Notes under the pieces: generated by a model
What the model saw: only the letters and a program-made list of their open reading frames with translations
What the model was told of the DNA's origin: nothing
Databases searched by the model: none
Program-made: the position numbers and the translations under genes
Assembly (NCBI GenBank): GCA_963664195.1
Contig: OY760907.1
Span: 3,584,001-3,648,000 of the forward strand
Source of the DNA: an uncultured candidate division Zixibacteria bacterium
Lineage (GTDB): Bacteria; Zixibacteria; MSB-5A5; GN15; FEB-12
Direction: 5' to 3'
Length of the DNA stretch: 64,000 bases
Part shown: piece by piece, positions 21,358 through 31,325 of the stretch
Layout: each line of letters begins with the position of its first letter
Numbering within the stretch: position 1 is the first letter of the stretch

Positions 21358-21363
21358 ACTGAC

Positions 21364-21987
21364 TCAATACCCCAGAAGAAGGCTTGATAACGAAACAACC
21401 AGTGGACCGATGATCTTCCAGAACAATCCGGTTATGATGATGATCAACAACAGAAACGGCGCAAACTGATTGAACCTCTCGAATGCGGCTTGATACTCTC
21501 GCGGCAACAGATTGCCCAGAATGTGGGAGCCGTCGAGCGGGAAGATCGGGATCAAATTAAAGAATGCGAGCGTCACGTTGATGTAAACCCCTGCCTGAAG
21601 AGCCATCGGGAGAACTTCCGACTCCTGTCCCAAGGAAACACCGCCAAAAAGTTGAAAGGTAAGTCCGGCAATAAGTGCCATTCCGAGATTAGACAGCGGT
21701 CCGGCGGCCGAAATCCAGATGTCGGCCACACGCGGATTCTTGAGATTCATCGGGTTGACCGGCACCGGTTTGGCCCAGCCGAATCTGAAGCCGGAAACGA
21801 CCATGACAATCGTTCCCATCATGTCCAGATGCGCAAGAGGGTTCAACGTGAGACGCCCGGCTCTTTTGGCGGTATCATCGCCAAACTTGTGCGCCGTCCA
21901 GGCATGAAAAAACTCATGCACGGTCAACGAAAACAGTATCACCGGTCCCCATACAATCGCGCGTTGAAGAAAAGCCTGATCGAACAC
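21364..21987 (-). CDS. Site-2 protease (M50 family)
   Basis: HEFFH, AGPLSN, NLIPIFPLDG. Confidence 0.93.
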   Translation of the reverse strand: MFDQAFLQRAIVWGPVILFSLTVHEFFHAWTAHKFGDDTAKRAGRLTLNPLAHLDMMGTIVMVVSGFRFGWAKPVPVNPMNLKNPRVADIWISAAGPLSNLGMALIAGLTFQLFGGVSLGQESEVLPMALQAGVYINVTLAFFNLIPIFPLDGSHILGNLLPREYQAAFERFNQFAPFLLLIIIITGLFWKIIGPLVVSLSSLLLGY

Positions 21988-22078
21988 CTGTTGTCACCTT
22001 ACTAAGAGTTACATTCCTGTCCTGATTATACTGACCTGCGACCGAAAGGCCACAAAAAACAGGCCGCTCGGCGGCTTA

Positions 22079-22696
22079 TCAGCGTGGTTTCGATACGGCA
22101 ATCGAATCGCCGTCGTAGAACCGCCAATGCCGCTGTGTGGCCTGCTGAATACCTATACGCCCGGACGTAGCCACATTCTGCACAACGTCATCATGATCCT
22201 CCAGGTACAACATCTCCCCCGTCAAGTCGATCCCGGATTGCTCAACCGTCAATCCGAAGGCACGGCAGAACTTCCCCGGCCCGCTGAGGATTTGATCCGG
22301 CGCCTTGCAAGCACTCTCAGGTGAGTTTGCCAGCATGACGTCCAATCCCTCGATCGGTTCGGCTCCCCTTAACAGGACCGCAGCCGGAAAACCCTCCGAT
22401 TCGGTAACAAAATTGAGACAGTAGTACATACCGTAGATCAAGTAGATGTAGCTGAATCCGGGCGGGCCGAACATGACTTCGTTCCGTTTTGTCATCCCCC
22501 GGGCGGCATGGCAGGCCGGATCGTCCTGTCCCACGTACGCCTCAACCTCGACAATGCGAGCAGCAAGCTGCTGCCCTCCGCAACGATAGACAATCCTCTT
22601 GCCAAGCAGGTCGCGGGCGACCTCGATTGTCGGGCGGTCATAGAATGATCGGGGAAGCCTTCTGCCGCTTTCGGAAGCCACTGCGCTCCTCCTCAA
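22079..22696 (-). CDS. DNA-3-methyladenine glycosylase (MPG/AAG family)
   Basis: IVEVEAY, YIYLIYGMYYCLN, AVLLRG, GPGK, RIGI. Confidence 0.93.
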   Translation of the reverse strand: MRRSAVASESGRRLPRSFYDRPTIEVARDLLGKRIVYRCGGQQLAARIVEVEAYVGQDDPACHAARGMTKRNEVMFGPPGFSYIYLIYGMYYCLNFVTESEGFPAAVLLRGAEPIEGLDVMLANSPESACKAPDQILSGPGKFCRAFGLTVEQSGIDLTGEMLYLEDHDDVVQNVATSGRIGIQQATQRHWRFYDGDSIAVSKPR

Positions 22697-23547
22697 TCCG
22701 GTTCGTACGATCCGGTCGGGGGCACAAGTGCGGATGCCTGGTCGAAATCCGCTCCGACATCTTCGGGCGTGTGGGCATCGGAACCGAGATACCGGATATC
22801 GACTCCGGCCCGCCGTGCAGCGTTAATCAGTTTGATGCGCGGGTAGAAGTCTTTGAGGCTCTGGCGCATGCCGGACGTGTTGACTTCGAGGCAAGTGCCG
22901 GATTCAATCAATGCCGGAAATATGCGATCTTTTGCACTCTCCAGAATCAAGTCATCCAGCACAGGGCCGTAGAATGGAACGCCGTGCGCCCTGATCCTGT
23001 CCAGATGTGCGATCGTGTGAAAGAGACCGCAGTTTGCCGCCGCAACAATATCATCGGTGTACCTTGCGACTGCTTCCCCCACGCTGAACCGCGCGAGTGA
23101 TTCGGCCGCCGTCTTGTAGTAGCAGAAGCACAGGTTATCCAACTCGTGAATACCACACAGCATGTAGTCGAATCGAAACTGATTCTGGAGTGCCGCCACG
23201 GCCTCTTCGCAATGGGCGTACCAACCAAACTCTACCCCCAGCTTGACAACCAGACCGAGCGAAAAGAACCTGTCGGCGGCTCTCTTGACGTCGTCTACGT
23301 AAGGCTTCAGATTCTCCGGAATCGCCGGTTTCCTTTTACCGTTGATGCTGATGAAGCTGGGACCATCGATTGATTTCGGGTTGCTGTCGTAATGGGTGGT
23401 GAAGCAGATCTCCACCAGCCCTCGTTGGACAGCCGCGCGGCAGTACTCTTCGATTGTGCCGGTTGCGTCAATCGAGTAATCGCAGTGACAATGGTAGTCT
23501 GCCAATCCGTGGACGTGCAGCGGCTCAAGGCTGTCCGGGTCAGGCAA
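22693..23547 (-). CDS. PHP-family phosphatase (HisJ/HisK histidinol-phosphatase-like)
   Basis: DYHCH, AHLD, LEVNTSG, GSDAH; TTG start after GGAG chosen. Confidence 0.85.
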   Translation of the reverse strand: MPDPDSLEPLHVHGLADYHCHCDYSIDATGTIEEYCRAAVQRGLVEICFTTHYDSNPKSIDGPSFISINGKRKPAIPENLKPYVDDVKRAADRFFSLGLVVKLGVEFGWYAHCEEAVAALQNQFRFDYMLCGIHELDNLCFCYYKTAAESLARFSVGEAVARYTDDIVAAANCGLFHTIAHLDRIRAHGVPFYGPVLDDLILESAKDRIFPALIESGTCLEVNTSGMRQSLKDFYPRIKLINAARRAGVDIRYLGSDAHTPEDVGADFDQASALVPPTGSYEPD

Positions 23548-24187
23548 AATCCTCTCCCGTAAGAAACGGGTTGGAATTCCGTTCTGCACCTACCGTAGTG
23601 GCTGGACCATGACCGGGCAAACACACGACGGCGTCAGGAAGGGTCAAAATCTTGGCATAAATTGATTTCATGAGAAGTTCATGGGAAGACCCGGGAAGGT
23701 CTGAGCGTCCGATAGAACCGGCAAACAGCGTATCGCCGCAGAACAGCACCCCTTCTTCCTCGAGCAAGTAACAAACCCCGGCAGGTGAATGCCCCGGCGT
23801 GGAGAGCACCTTCACACAAATCGCCCCTACCCTTATGGTTTGTTCGTCGAGGACGGCATGATCCGGGGTTGGCGCCACAATCGGGCTGTCGAAATAGGCC
23901 GAGACGTTCGCGCTGGGGTCGGCCAGCAGACCTTCCTCGCCTGCGCCCACGTATAACGGAATGCCGTACTTGTCCTTAACGGGCGCCACCGCTGCAATAT
24001 GGTCCCCATGACCGTGCGTCAGCAGGATAGCCTTCGGTGCCAGCGCGAGCTGTTCAATTTCGTAATCGATTACGTCGTCATCGGCACCCGGATCAATAAT
24101 CAGGCAATCACTGGTGTCTTCGTCGAAGAGCAGATAGCAGTTAACGGCAAAGGGACCGACCACAACTGTGCGTACTTTTCTAGCCAT
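23540..24187 (-). CDS. MBL-fold metallo-hydrolase (glyoxalase II-like)
   Basis: THGHGDH, PGHS, GDTLF, PGHG. Confidence 0.93.
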   Translation of the reverse strand: MARKVRTVVVGPFAVNCYLLFDEDTSDCLIIDPGADDDVIDYEIEQLALAPKAILLTHGHGDHIAAVAPVKDKYGIPLYVGAGEEGLLADPSANVSAYFDSPIVAPTPDHAVLDEQTIRVGAICVKVLSTPGHSPAGVCYLLEEEGVLFCGDTLFAGSIGRSDLPGSSHELLMKSIYAKILTLPDAVVCLPGHGPATTVGAERNSNPFLTGEDFA

Positions 24188-24193
24188 TTGCAT

Positions 24194-24221
24194 AAGATAT
24201 AGTGCGGCGCGATTCTGTCAA
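24194..24221 (-). promoter_or_regulatory. sigma70-type promoter TTGACA-16-TATCTT
   Basis: Direct motif read; lies 6 nt upstream of ATG 24187. Confidence 0.5.
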
Positions 24222-24362
24222 CCTCTCAATGCGTATTAACGGCTTGTTTGATAGGCGGTTACAGAAGGCGAAAAGTATACGCAAGGCCCGAATACATTTG
24301 CCCTTGTGAAGAAAATAACATATATTCCCGCCTTACATTTTTTTGGGAGAAGACGGACTGAT

Positions 24363-25470
24363 ATGACTGCTGAGTTGAAGAGCTTAATCCCCGAGCTGAG
24401 AAGCAAACTCGACAAGCTAGCGAGGTATCTTTGACCTCGATGAACGTCGACAAAAAGTAGCCCGGCTCGAGAAGAAAACATCGGATTCCGGATTCTGGGA
24501 TGACAACCAGAAAGCCCAGTCAATCCTCAAAGAGATATCACGGCATAAGAAGCTGATAGAGTCTATCAGTAAGCTCGAGAGCGACCTGGGCTACTCCGAA
24601 GAACTTCTGGAGATGGTCGAGGACGATTCCCCGGAAGTCGCTGAGATCAAAACGATGCTCGACAAAGCGGCTTCCCGAATCGACAAACTGGAATTCGCAT
24701 CCATGCTGTCGGGTCCCGATGACCATCGGGACGCACTCGTGACAATCCACCCCGGTGCCGGTGGTACCGAGTCTCAGGACTGGGCCGACATGCTTTTCCG
24801 TATGTACAACCGCTGGGCAGAACGTCGCGAATTCACCGTGCAACTCATGGACTACCAACCGGGGGACGAAGCGGGACTGAAATCAGCAACAATGGAAATC
24901 AAGGGCGACTACGCCTACGGTTTTCTCCGAGCGGAATCAGGCGTGCATCGTCTGGTCCGCATTTCTCCCTTTGATGCCGCCTCGCGACGTCACACTTCGT
25001 TCGTCTCGGTGCACGTCTACCCGGTAGTAGAGGACAACGTCGAAATCGAAATCAGAGATGAAGACGTCCGCATCGACACCTACCGGGCATCCGGTGCTGG
25101 AGGCCAGCACGTCAACAAGACATCGTCAGCGATCAGGATTACGCACCTTGAAACCAATATCGTCGTAACGTGTCAATCCGAACGCTCGCAGCACAAAAAC
25201 AAAGATGCTGCATTTACCGTGTTGAAGGCCCGTCTCTATCAATTGAAGAGAGAAGAAGAGGCCAGGAAAAAAGAGCAATTCGACAAAACAAAGAAGAAAA
25301 TAGAATGGGGCTCGCAAATCAGGTCGTATGTCTTCCACCCGTATAATATGGTCAAGGACCATCGCACCTCGGCTGAAACGTCGAACGTGCAGGCGGTCAT
25401 GGACGGAGATATCGATCAGTTTATCGAAGCCTTCTTGTCTGATCCGGAACTGAAGGAGCACGTGGTCTGA
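24363..25470 (+). CDS. prfB: Peptide chain release factor 2 with programmed +1 frameshift
   Basis: ATG 24363 reads MTAELK...RYL to CTT TGA C at 24429-24435, preceded by GAGG-TAT; the +1 frame continues into the SPF and GGQ motifs. Confidence 0.95.
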
Positions 25471-25510
25471 CAGCACTGCGCTCGTTGGACGTGCTCAGCA
25501 GGAGATATTG

Positions 25511-26503
25511 ATGAACGCTGTAGAACTGATTAAGGAAAAGGCGAAAGCCAAGCACCGTCGTGTTGTGCTTCCGGAAGGCCTTGAGCCCCGGATGATCGAC
25601 GCCACCAAGAAAATCATAGACCAGGGTATCGCTTCGGTGACGCTCGTCGGCGATGAAAAGGAAATCGAAGCTCTGGCGAAAAAACAGGGCGTTGACCTCG
25701 GCCAGGCTGAGATCGTCAACCCGACCACCTCGCCCGATTTCGACGCCTATGTTGCCGAGTTGATGGAACTTCGCAAGCACAAGGGCTTGACCGAAGAGGA
25801 CGCACGCAAGTTTATGGCCGACCCGTTGTTCTTCGGCGCTATGCTTGTCCGTCACGACAAGGCCGACGCTTCGGTTGCCGGTGCCCAGAACACGACCGGC
25901 AATGTAATGAGAGCCGCTATTCAGGTCATCGGACTGAAGGCGGGCATCAAGGCCGTTTCGAGTTCATTCATCATGACGCTGCCGGAGTACCGTGGGGTGA
26001 AGGACAAAGTCCTTATGTTCGGTGACTGCGCCGTAATTCCGAATCCGACTGCCGAGCAGCTTGCCTCAATCGCTGTCTCAACCGCCGAAACGATGACCAA
26101 CCTGATCGGCGAGGAGCCGAAAGTGGCTCTGTTATCGTTTTCGACCAAAGGCTCGGCGAAACATGAAGATGTCGACAAAGTTCTGGCAGCGCTCGACATC
26201 CTTAAGAAAAACTACCCGGATCTCAAGGTGGACGGCGAGTTCCAGCTCGACGCTGCGATCGTTCCAGAGGTCGCGAAGAAAAAGGCCCCCGATTCACAGA
26301 TCGGCGGCGATGCCAACGTGCTGATTTTCCCGGACCTCGATGCCGGAAACATAGGATACAAACTCGTACAGCGACTGGCCGGGGCTATGGCTACCGGTCC
26401 GATCATTCAGGGACTGGCCAAGCCGGCCAATGATCTCTCCAGGGGCTGTTCGGTAGATGATATTGTTGATGTGTCTGCAATTGCAACGCTGCTAAAAGGA
26501 TAA
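25511..26503 (+). CDS. pta: Phosphate acetyltransferase
   Basis: [49 protein letters not shown]. Confidence 0.92.
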   Translation: MNAVELIKEKAKAKHRRVVLPEGLEPRMIDATKKIIDQGIASVTLVGDEKEIEALAKKQGVDLGQAEIVNPTTSPDFDAYVAELMELRKHKGLTEEDARKFMADPLFFGAMLVRHDKADASVAGAQNTTGNVMRAAIQVIGLKAGIKAVSSSFIMTLPEYRGVKDKVLMFGDCAVIPNPTAEQLASIAVSTAETMTNLIGEEPKVALLSFSTKGSAKHEDVDKVLAALDILKKNYPDLKVDGEFQLDAAIVPEVAKKKAPDSQIGGDANVLIFPDLDAGNIGYKLVQRLAGAMATGPIIQGLAKPANDLSRGCSVDDIVDVSAIATLLKG

Positions 26504-26507
26504 CCGC

Positions 26508-27725
26508 ATGAGTATTAGTCTTCTTGCCCGGGAGGTAAAAGAGTCTCCGACGCTGGCCCTCAATGAGGCTGCCCGCAGACTCCGAGAGAGGGGCGAACCC
26601 GTAATCCATCTTGGCTCCGGCGAACCAAAAAGCAAGGTTCCCATTGACGCCATCATGGCCTGCGCCTCCAAGTTGAAAACAGCCGATGTTCGCTATACGC
26701 CTACCGAGGGTATCCCCTCACTGCAAAAAGCAATCATCCGTTACACTGAAGAGAACTATAACAAAATCGTTGGCCCTGAGAACGTCTGTGTTCACTCCGG
26801 CGCCAAGCAGGCCATCTACAACCTGCTGATGACAATCGTCAATCCGCAGGACGAAGTCGTGATCCTGGCCCCGTACTGGGTCAGCTATCCCGAAATCGTC
26901 AAGATGGTTTACGGTGTCCCGGTGATTGTCCAGCCCGAAGACGGCCGGTTCGCTCCCCGCATAGAGGACATCAAGGAATCGGTTGGTTCTTACACCAAAG
27001 CGATCATTATCAACAGCCCCAACAACCCGTCAGGGGAAGTCTTCTCCAATGAGTTCATCCAGGAAATCGTTGAATTCTGCGAGGCCAAGGGCATCTACCT
27101 GATAATGGATGATATTTATCACAAGCTGGTGTTCGACGGTCGCACGGCCGCCTCGGCCTACGATTACGCGAAAGCCGACGATGACACCAGCAAACTGGTG
27201 ATCGTCAACGGCGTATCCAAAGCCTATGCCATGACCGGTTTCAGGATCGGCTGGACAATCGCCAATCGCAAGGTGACGGGCGCGATGATCAACGTCGCCG
27301 CACAAAACACGTCATGCGCCTCGGTGGTGCTTCAGGCAGCCGCCCAGGGAGCACTCGACGGCATCCAAACCTGTGTGGAGAGTCTTCGCCAGACTCTGGA
27401 GAACAGCCGTAACGTCATGCTGAACGAATTGAATTCTTTCACCGGCGTACGCACGATCAAGCCGGGCGGCACATTCTATTGCCTACCGGATTTCAGCGCC
27501 TACAGCAAGGACTCAACGGCACTCTGCAAGTTCCTTCTGGACAAAGCCCGCGTGGTGACGGTTCCCGGAGTAGAATTCGGCATGGAAGGTCATCTGAGGC
27601 TGAGCTACTGCGGCAGCATCAAGGACATAACCGAAGGGGTCAAACGAATCAAATGGGCCCTCGATCCTGACTCGCCGAACGAAATCTACATCGGCGACCG
27701 CAAACTGAGGAGGGATTGGAAATGA
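26508..27725 (+). CDS. Class I/II PLP aminotransferase (aspartate aminotransferase-like)
   Basis: GAKQA, PYWVSY, NSPNNPSG, DDIY, SKAYAMTGFRIG. Confidence 0.9.
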   Translation: MSISLLAREVKESPTLALNEAARRLRERGEPVIHLGSGEPKSKVPIDAIMACASKLKTADVRYTPTEGIPSLQKAIIRYTEENYNKIVGPENVCVHSGAKQAIYNLLMTIVNPQDEVVILAPYWVSYPEIVKMVYGVPVIVQPEDGRFAPRIEDIKESVGSYTKAIIINSPNNPSGEVFSNEFIQEIVEFCEAKGIYLIMDDIYHKLVFDGRTAASAYDYAKADDDTSKLVIVNGVSKAYAMTGFRIGWTIANRKVTGAMINVAAQNTSCASVVLQAAAQGALDGIQTCVESLRQTLENSRNVMLNELNSFTGVRTIKPGGTFYCLPDFSAYSKDSTALCKFLLDKARVVTVPGVEFGMEGHLRLSYCGSIKDITEGVKRIKWALDPDSPNEIYIGDRKLRRDWK

Positions 27726-29374
27726 GCCAGTACATAATCGATATCAAGACTCCGGCCCAGGCGCAGGCAAAAACGGTCAAGAGCGAATACAGCCTCTCGA
27801 ATTACGGTTTCCGTAATTTGCACAACGTGTATTGGAACCTTCCGGCGGAAGCGCTCTACGAAGAGATCGTTTTCCGCGGCGAGGGTAAAATAACCCTTAA
27901 CGGCGCGGTTTCTGTCGATACCGGCAGACACACCGCCCGTGCCGCCAATGACAAATTCGTGGTCAAAGAGGCCGACAGCGAAGGCAATATCTGGTGGGGC
28001 GAGTACAACCGCCCGTGCACGGTTGAGAAATTCAACGCCATGTACCAGCGCATGCAGGGATACCTGCAGGGACGCGACCTGTTTGTGCGCGACTGTTATG
28101 CCGGCGGCGACCCGAACTATCGCCTGCCGGTACGGATCATCACAGAGTATGCCTGGCATTCGCTTTTTGCCCGCAATATGTTCATACAGGCCGAAACCAA
28201 CGATGAACTTCGCAAGTTCATCCCGGATTTCACCGTTCTCGCCCTCCCGGAATTCAAAGCGGCAGAGGAGATCGATGCCACCAACTCGCCGACATTCATT
28301 ATGCTGAATTTTGATCAGCGCCTGTGCATTATCGGCAACTCCGGTTACGGCGGAGAAATCAAGAAGGCCATTTTCACTGTGCTGAACTACCTCCTTCCGC
28401 TTGAAGGTACCATGACCATGCACTGCTCGGCCAATGTCGGCGACGACGGCGACAGTGCCCTGTTCTTCGGTCTCTCCGGCACCGGCAAAACGACGCTTTC
28501 GGCCGATCCGAGTCGGAAGTTGGTCGGTGATGACGAACACGGTTGGAGCGATGAAGGGATTTTCAACTTCGAGGGCGGCTGTTATGCCAAGGTGATCGCG
28601 CTCTCCCCCACTGCCGAGCCGCAGATATATGCCTGCACCAATAAGTTCGGCACGGTGCTTGAAAACGTGATTTTTGATCCGGTGACTCGTCGCCTGGATC
28701 TTGACGACGAGGTGTTGACAGAAAACACTCGCGCTGCCTATCCGCTGGACTTCATCGACAACGCGGTTCCTGAAAAGATGGCGGGACATCCGAAGAACAT
28801 CATCATGCTGACGTGTGATGCCTCCGGTGTGATGCCGCCAATCGCGCGTCTGACCCCGGAACAGGCGATGTATCATTTCATTTCGGGGTACACTTCCAAG
28901 GTGGCCGGTACTGAGATCGGTCTCAGCACTGAACCCGAGCAGACGTTTTCCGCCTGTTTCGGCGCACCGTTTATGGTCCACCACCCGTACAAGTACGCCG
29001 AGATGTTGAAGAACAAGATCAAGAAGCACGGTTCGAGCTGCTGGCTGGTTAACACCGGTTGGACCGGCGGACCGTACGGTATCGGCAAGCGCATGAGCAT
29101 TCACCACACCCGCGCCCTGTTGAACGCAGCGCTGTCCGGTGAACTGCATAACGTTGAGTTCCGTGTCGACCCCGTGTTCGGATTTGAAGTCCCCAGGACC
29201 TGTGGCGACGTTCCTCCGAAAGTGCTGGAACCCGCCAAGACCTGGGAAGACCCGGTTGCGTACGAGGAGAAGTACGTTCAGCTTGCCTCGCTGTTCATCG
29301 AGAACTTCAAGAAGTTCCGTGACGGCACCCCGCAGGAAGTGGTCGACGCCGGACCAAAACTGGTTAAGGCCTAG
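27722..29374 (+). CDS. pckA: Phosphoenolpyruvate carboxykinase (ATP)
   Basis: YGGEIKK, MHCSAN, GLSGTGKTT, GDDEHGW, NFEGGCYAK; ATGA overlap with upstream stop. Confidence 0.96.
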   Translation: MSQYIIDIKTPAQAQAKTVKSEYSLSNYGFRNLHNVYWNLPAEALYEEIVFRGEGKITLNGAVSVDTGRHTARAANDKFVVKEADSEGNIWWGEYNRPCTVEKFNAMYQRMQGYLQGRDLFVRDCYAGGDPNYRLPVRIITEYAWHSLFARNMFIQAETNDELRKFIPDFTVLALPEFKAAEEIDATNSPTFIMLNFDQRLCIIGNSGYGGEIKKAIFTVLNYLLPLEGTMTMHCSANVGDDGDSALFFGLSGTGKTTLSADPSRKLVGDDEHGWSDEGIFNFEGGCYAKVIALSPTAEPQIYACTNKFGTVLENVIFDPVTRRLDLDDEVLTENTRAAYPLDFIDNAVPEKMAGHPKNIIMLTCDASGVMPPIARLTPEQAMYHFISGYTSKVAGTEIGLSTEPEQTFSACFGAPFMVHHPYKYAEMLKNKIKKHGSSCWLVNTGWTGGPYGIGKRMSIHHTRALLNAALSGELHNVEFRVDPVFGFEVPRTCGDVPPKVLEPAKTWEDPVAYEEKYVQLASLFIENFKKFRDGTPQEVVDAGPKLVKA

Positions 29375-29394
29375 ACCTGGGTGGTGTAGATTAT

Positions 29395-29427
29395 TGCGAG
29401 GGTTACGGTCTTTCCGTAGCCCTCGCA
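29395..29427 (+). other. 14-bp hairpin after pckA (terminator or mRNA stabiliser; no U-tract)
   Basis: TGCGAGGGTTACGG/CCGTAGCCCTCGCA with one G-U pair on the + strand. Confidence 0.55.
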
Positions 29428-29496
29428 TCCGCTCAGAAAGAGGGCGCTGACAAGAACACGAACAACCAAGAGCAACCCGGGAGACAAAACAGACCG

Positions 29497-29787
29497 ATGC
29501 CGACATATCAGTATCTCTGCGATTCGTGTGGATACGAGTTCGAAGAATTCCAATCGATGTCCGACGATCCAATCTCAGAATGCCCTAAATGCAAGGGCAA
29601 ACCCCGCCGTTTGATCTCCGGCGGAGCCGGCTTCCTTCTCAAAGGTAACGGATTCTATCAGACCGATTACCGGAGCAGCAAATACAAAGCCGAGGCACAG
29701 AAAGACATGTCTAACGGCCTGACATCATCTTCGTCAGACTCGTCGAAAAAGACAGACAAGCCCAAATCAACGGGTGACAAGTCGTAA
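29497..29787 (+). CDS. FmdB-family zinc-ribbon protein
   Basis: MPTYQYLCDSCG...CPKC...RLISGGAGFLLKGNGFYQTDY. Confidence 0.92.
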   Translation: MPTYQYLCDSCGYEFEEFQSMSDDPISECPKCKGKPRRLISGGAGFLLKGNGFYQTDYRSSKYKAEAQKDMSNGLTSSSSDSSKKTDKPKSTGDKS

Positions 29788-29808
29788 CCAGGGTCACAGG
29801 GAGTAATC

Positions 29809-31164
29809 ATGAGTTTCGAGGAACTGCGAGCCACATTGCTGTCACCTGATTCGCTGATTCTCGATCTGTCTGAGCACGAGGTGTACTGCCACGACGCCAC
29901 CCACTACTCCTCCACTCCGGCCGCGCTCCTTCTCGCTGAATCTGTCGAGGACATACAAACTACCGTCGCATTCTGCCACAGTCACAGCACTCCCATCACA
30001 GCTCGCGGCGCAGGCACCGGACTTTCCGGCGGCTGTGTGGCATCAAAGGGCGCACTAGTGTTGTCGACCGAACGCCTTCGCAGATTGGAAATCAACCCGG
30101 AGACGAGAACCGCCATCTGTGGTCCCGGGATCATCACCAAGGAACTCTTCGACGCCGCTGCGGAACACAATCTCAGCTATCCCCCGGACCCGGCCAGCTA
30201 CGAGGAATCCACGCTTGGCGGCAACGTGGCCGAAAACGCGGGTGGTCTTCGGTGTCTACGCTTCGGCGTCACCAAAGACTACGTTCTGGGGATGGAGGCC
30301 GTCCTCGCCGACGGGTCCTTGATCAGAACCGGCCTCTTCAACAACCACCAGGGTTTCTGTATCGGTGATGTCCTGATCGGCTCCGAGGGCACCCTGGCGA
30401 TCATCACAAAAATCGCTCTTCGCCTGATTGATCTCCCCGGCCGCGGCGACACGATACTGGCGGCGTTCGATCGACCTCTCGATGCCGCCCAGACAGTCGC
30501 CGACATTACACGCGCCGGAATCGTGCCGACCGTCATGGAATTCCTGGACGGTGACGCCGCTGCCTGCTCCAACGAATACGAGAGGACCGACGGACTGGAC
30601 AAAGTCGCGGCCATTCTCCTGCTGGAAACGCATGATCGACACCGGGCCAGCCAAACCGAGGAAATCAAGCGTTTCTGCCATTCCAACAACGCTTCTTATA
30701 TTCGCGTCGAATCAGATTCCGCCAAAGCCGAGACACTCTGGCGTGTGCGACGCAACCTGTCGAAAGCCACCAAAGCCGCAGCGCCCCTTCGCATGTTCGA
30801 GGATGTTGCCGTAACCAACAGCAAGTTCCCGATTCTCGTCGATTTCGTGGCTGACATGAATCGACAGAGCAGGCTTCGCATCAATTCCTATGGACACGCT
30901 GGCGACGGCAACCTTCACGTCAACTTCATGGCAGAATCCGACAATCCTGAGAACCGCCGGGAGATCGACGGCTGGGTTGACGTTCTCATGCACCGCACGA
31001 TTGAGCTGGGGGGGACACTTACCGGCGAACACGGGATCGGTCTAGCGAAACAGAGATACCTTGGTCTGGAATTCTCACGTCACACAGTTGAAAGTATGCG
31101 CCAGATCAAATCGCTATTTGACCCTGACGGAGTATTGAATCCGGACAAGCTGTTCCCTGTTTAG
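29809..31164 (+). CDS. FAD-linked oxidase, GlcD/D-lactate dehydrogenase family
   Basis: RGAGTGLSGG, PDPAS, GGNVAENAGG, GSEGTL, GHAGDGNLH, GEHGIG. Confidence 0.92.
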   Translation: MSFEELRATLLSPDSLILDLSEHEVYCHDATHYSSTPAALLLAESVEDIQTTVAFCHSHSTPITARGAGTGLSGGCVASKGALVLSTERLRRLEINPETRTAICGPGIITKELFDAAAEHNLSYPPDPASYEESTLGGNVAENAGGLRCLRFGVTKDYVLGMEAVLADGSLIRTGLFNNHQGFCIGDVLIGSEGTLAIITKIALRLIDLPGRGDTILAAFDRPLDAAQTVADITRAGIVPTVMEFLDGDAAACSNEYERTDGLDKVAAILLLETHDRHRASQTEEIKRFCHSNNASYIRVESDSAKAETLWRVRRNLSKATKAAAPLRMFEDVAVTNSKFPILVDFVADMNRQSRLRINSYGHAGDGNLHVNFMAESDNPENRREIDGWVDVLMHRTIELGGTLTGEHGIGLAKQRYLGLEFSRHTVESMRQIKSLFDPDGVLNPDKLFPV

Positions 31165-31193
31165 TTTTTTTTGGACTTCTGTAAGTTCAACAC

Positions 31194-31222
31194 TTGACAA
31201 CAGTTGAAACGGGCACTAATTT
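31194..31222 (+). promoter_or_regulatory. sigma70 promoter TTGACA-17-TAATTT upstream of citrate synthase
   Basis: Direct motif read. Confidence 0.7.
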
Positions 31223-31230
31223 CGTAGGCA

Positions 31231-31248
31231 ATGTGAAACATTTCACAT
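31231..31248. promoter_or_regulatory. Palindromic operator ATGTGAAACATTTCACAT (Rex- or CRP-like)
   Basis: 8-bp perfect inverted arms; fits TGTGAA-N4-TTCACA (Rex) and TGTGA-N6-TCACA (CRP/FNR family). Confidence 0.7.
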
Positions 31249-31325
31249 CGTTGCACTTGCGGTTCGACCAGGTATGACCACTTTTCTCGTTTACCATATT
31301 GGAAGCCAGATAAAAGGAGATCATC

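Noticed and set aside
24613..25470. Truncated 285-aa RF2 as a standalone gene or pseudogene
   Set aside because: Explained by the programmed frameshift from ATG 24363.
27686..29572. 628-aa minus-strand ORF
   Set aside because: Antisense shadow of the codon-biased pckA gene; no recognisable motifs.
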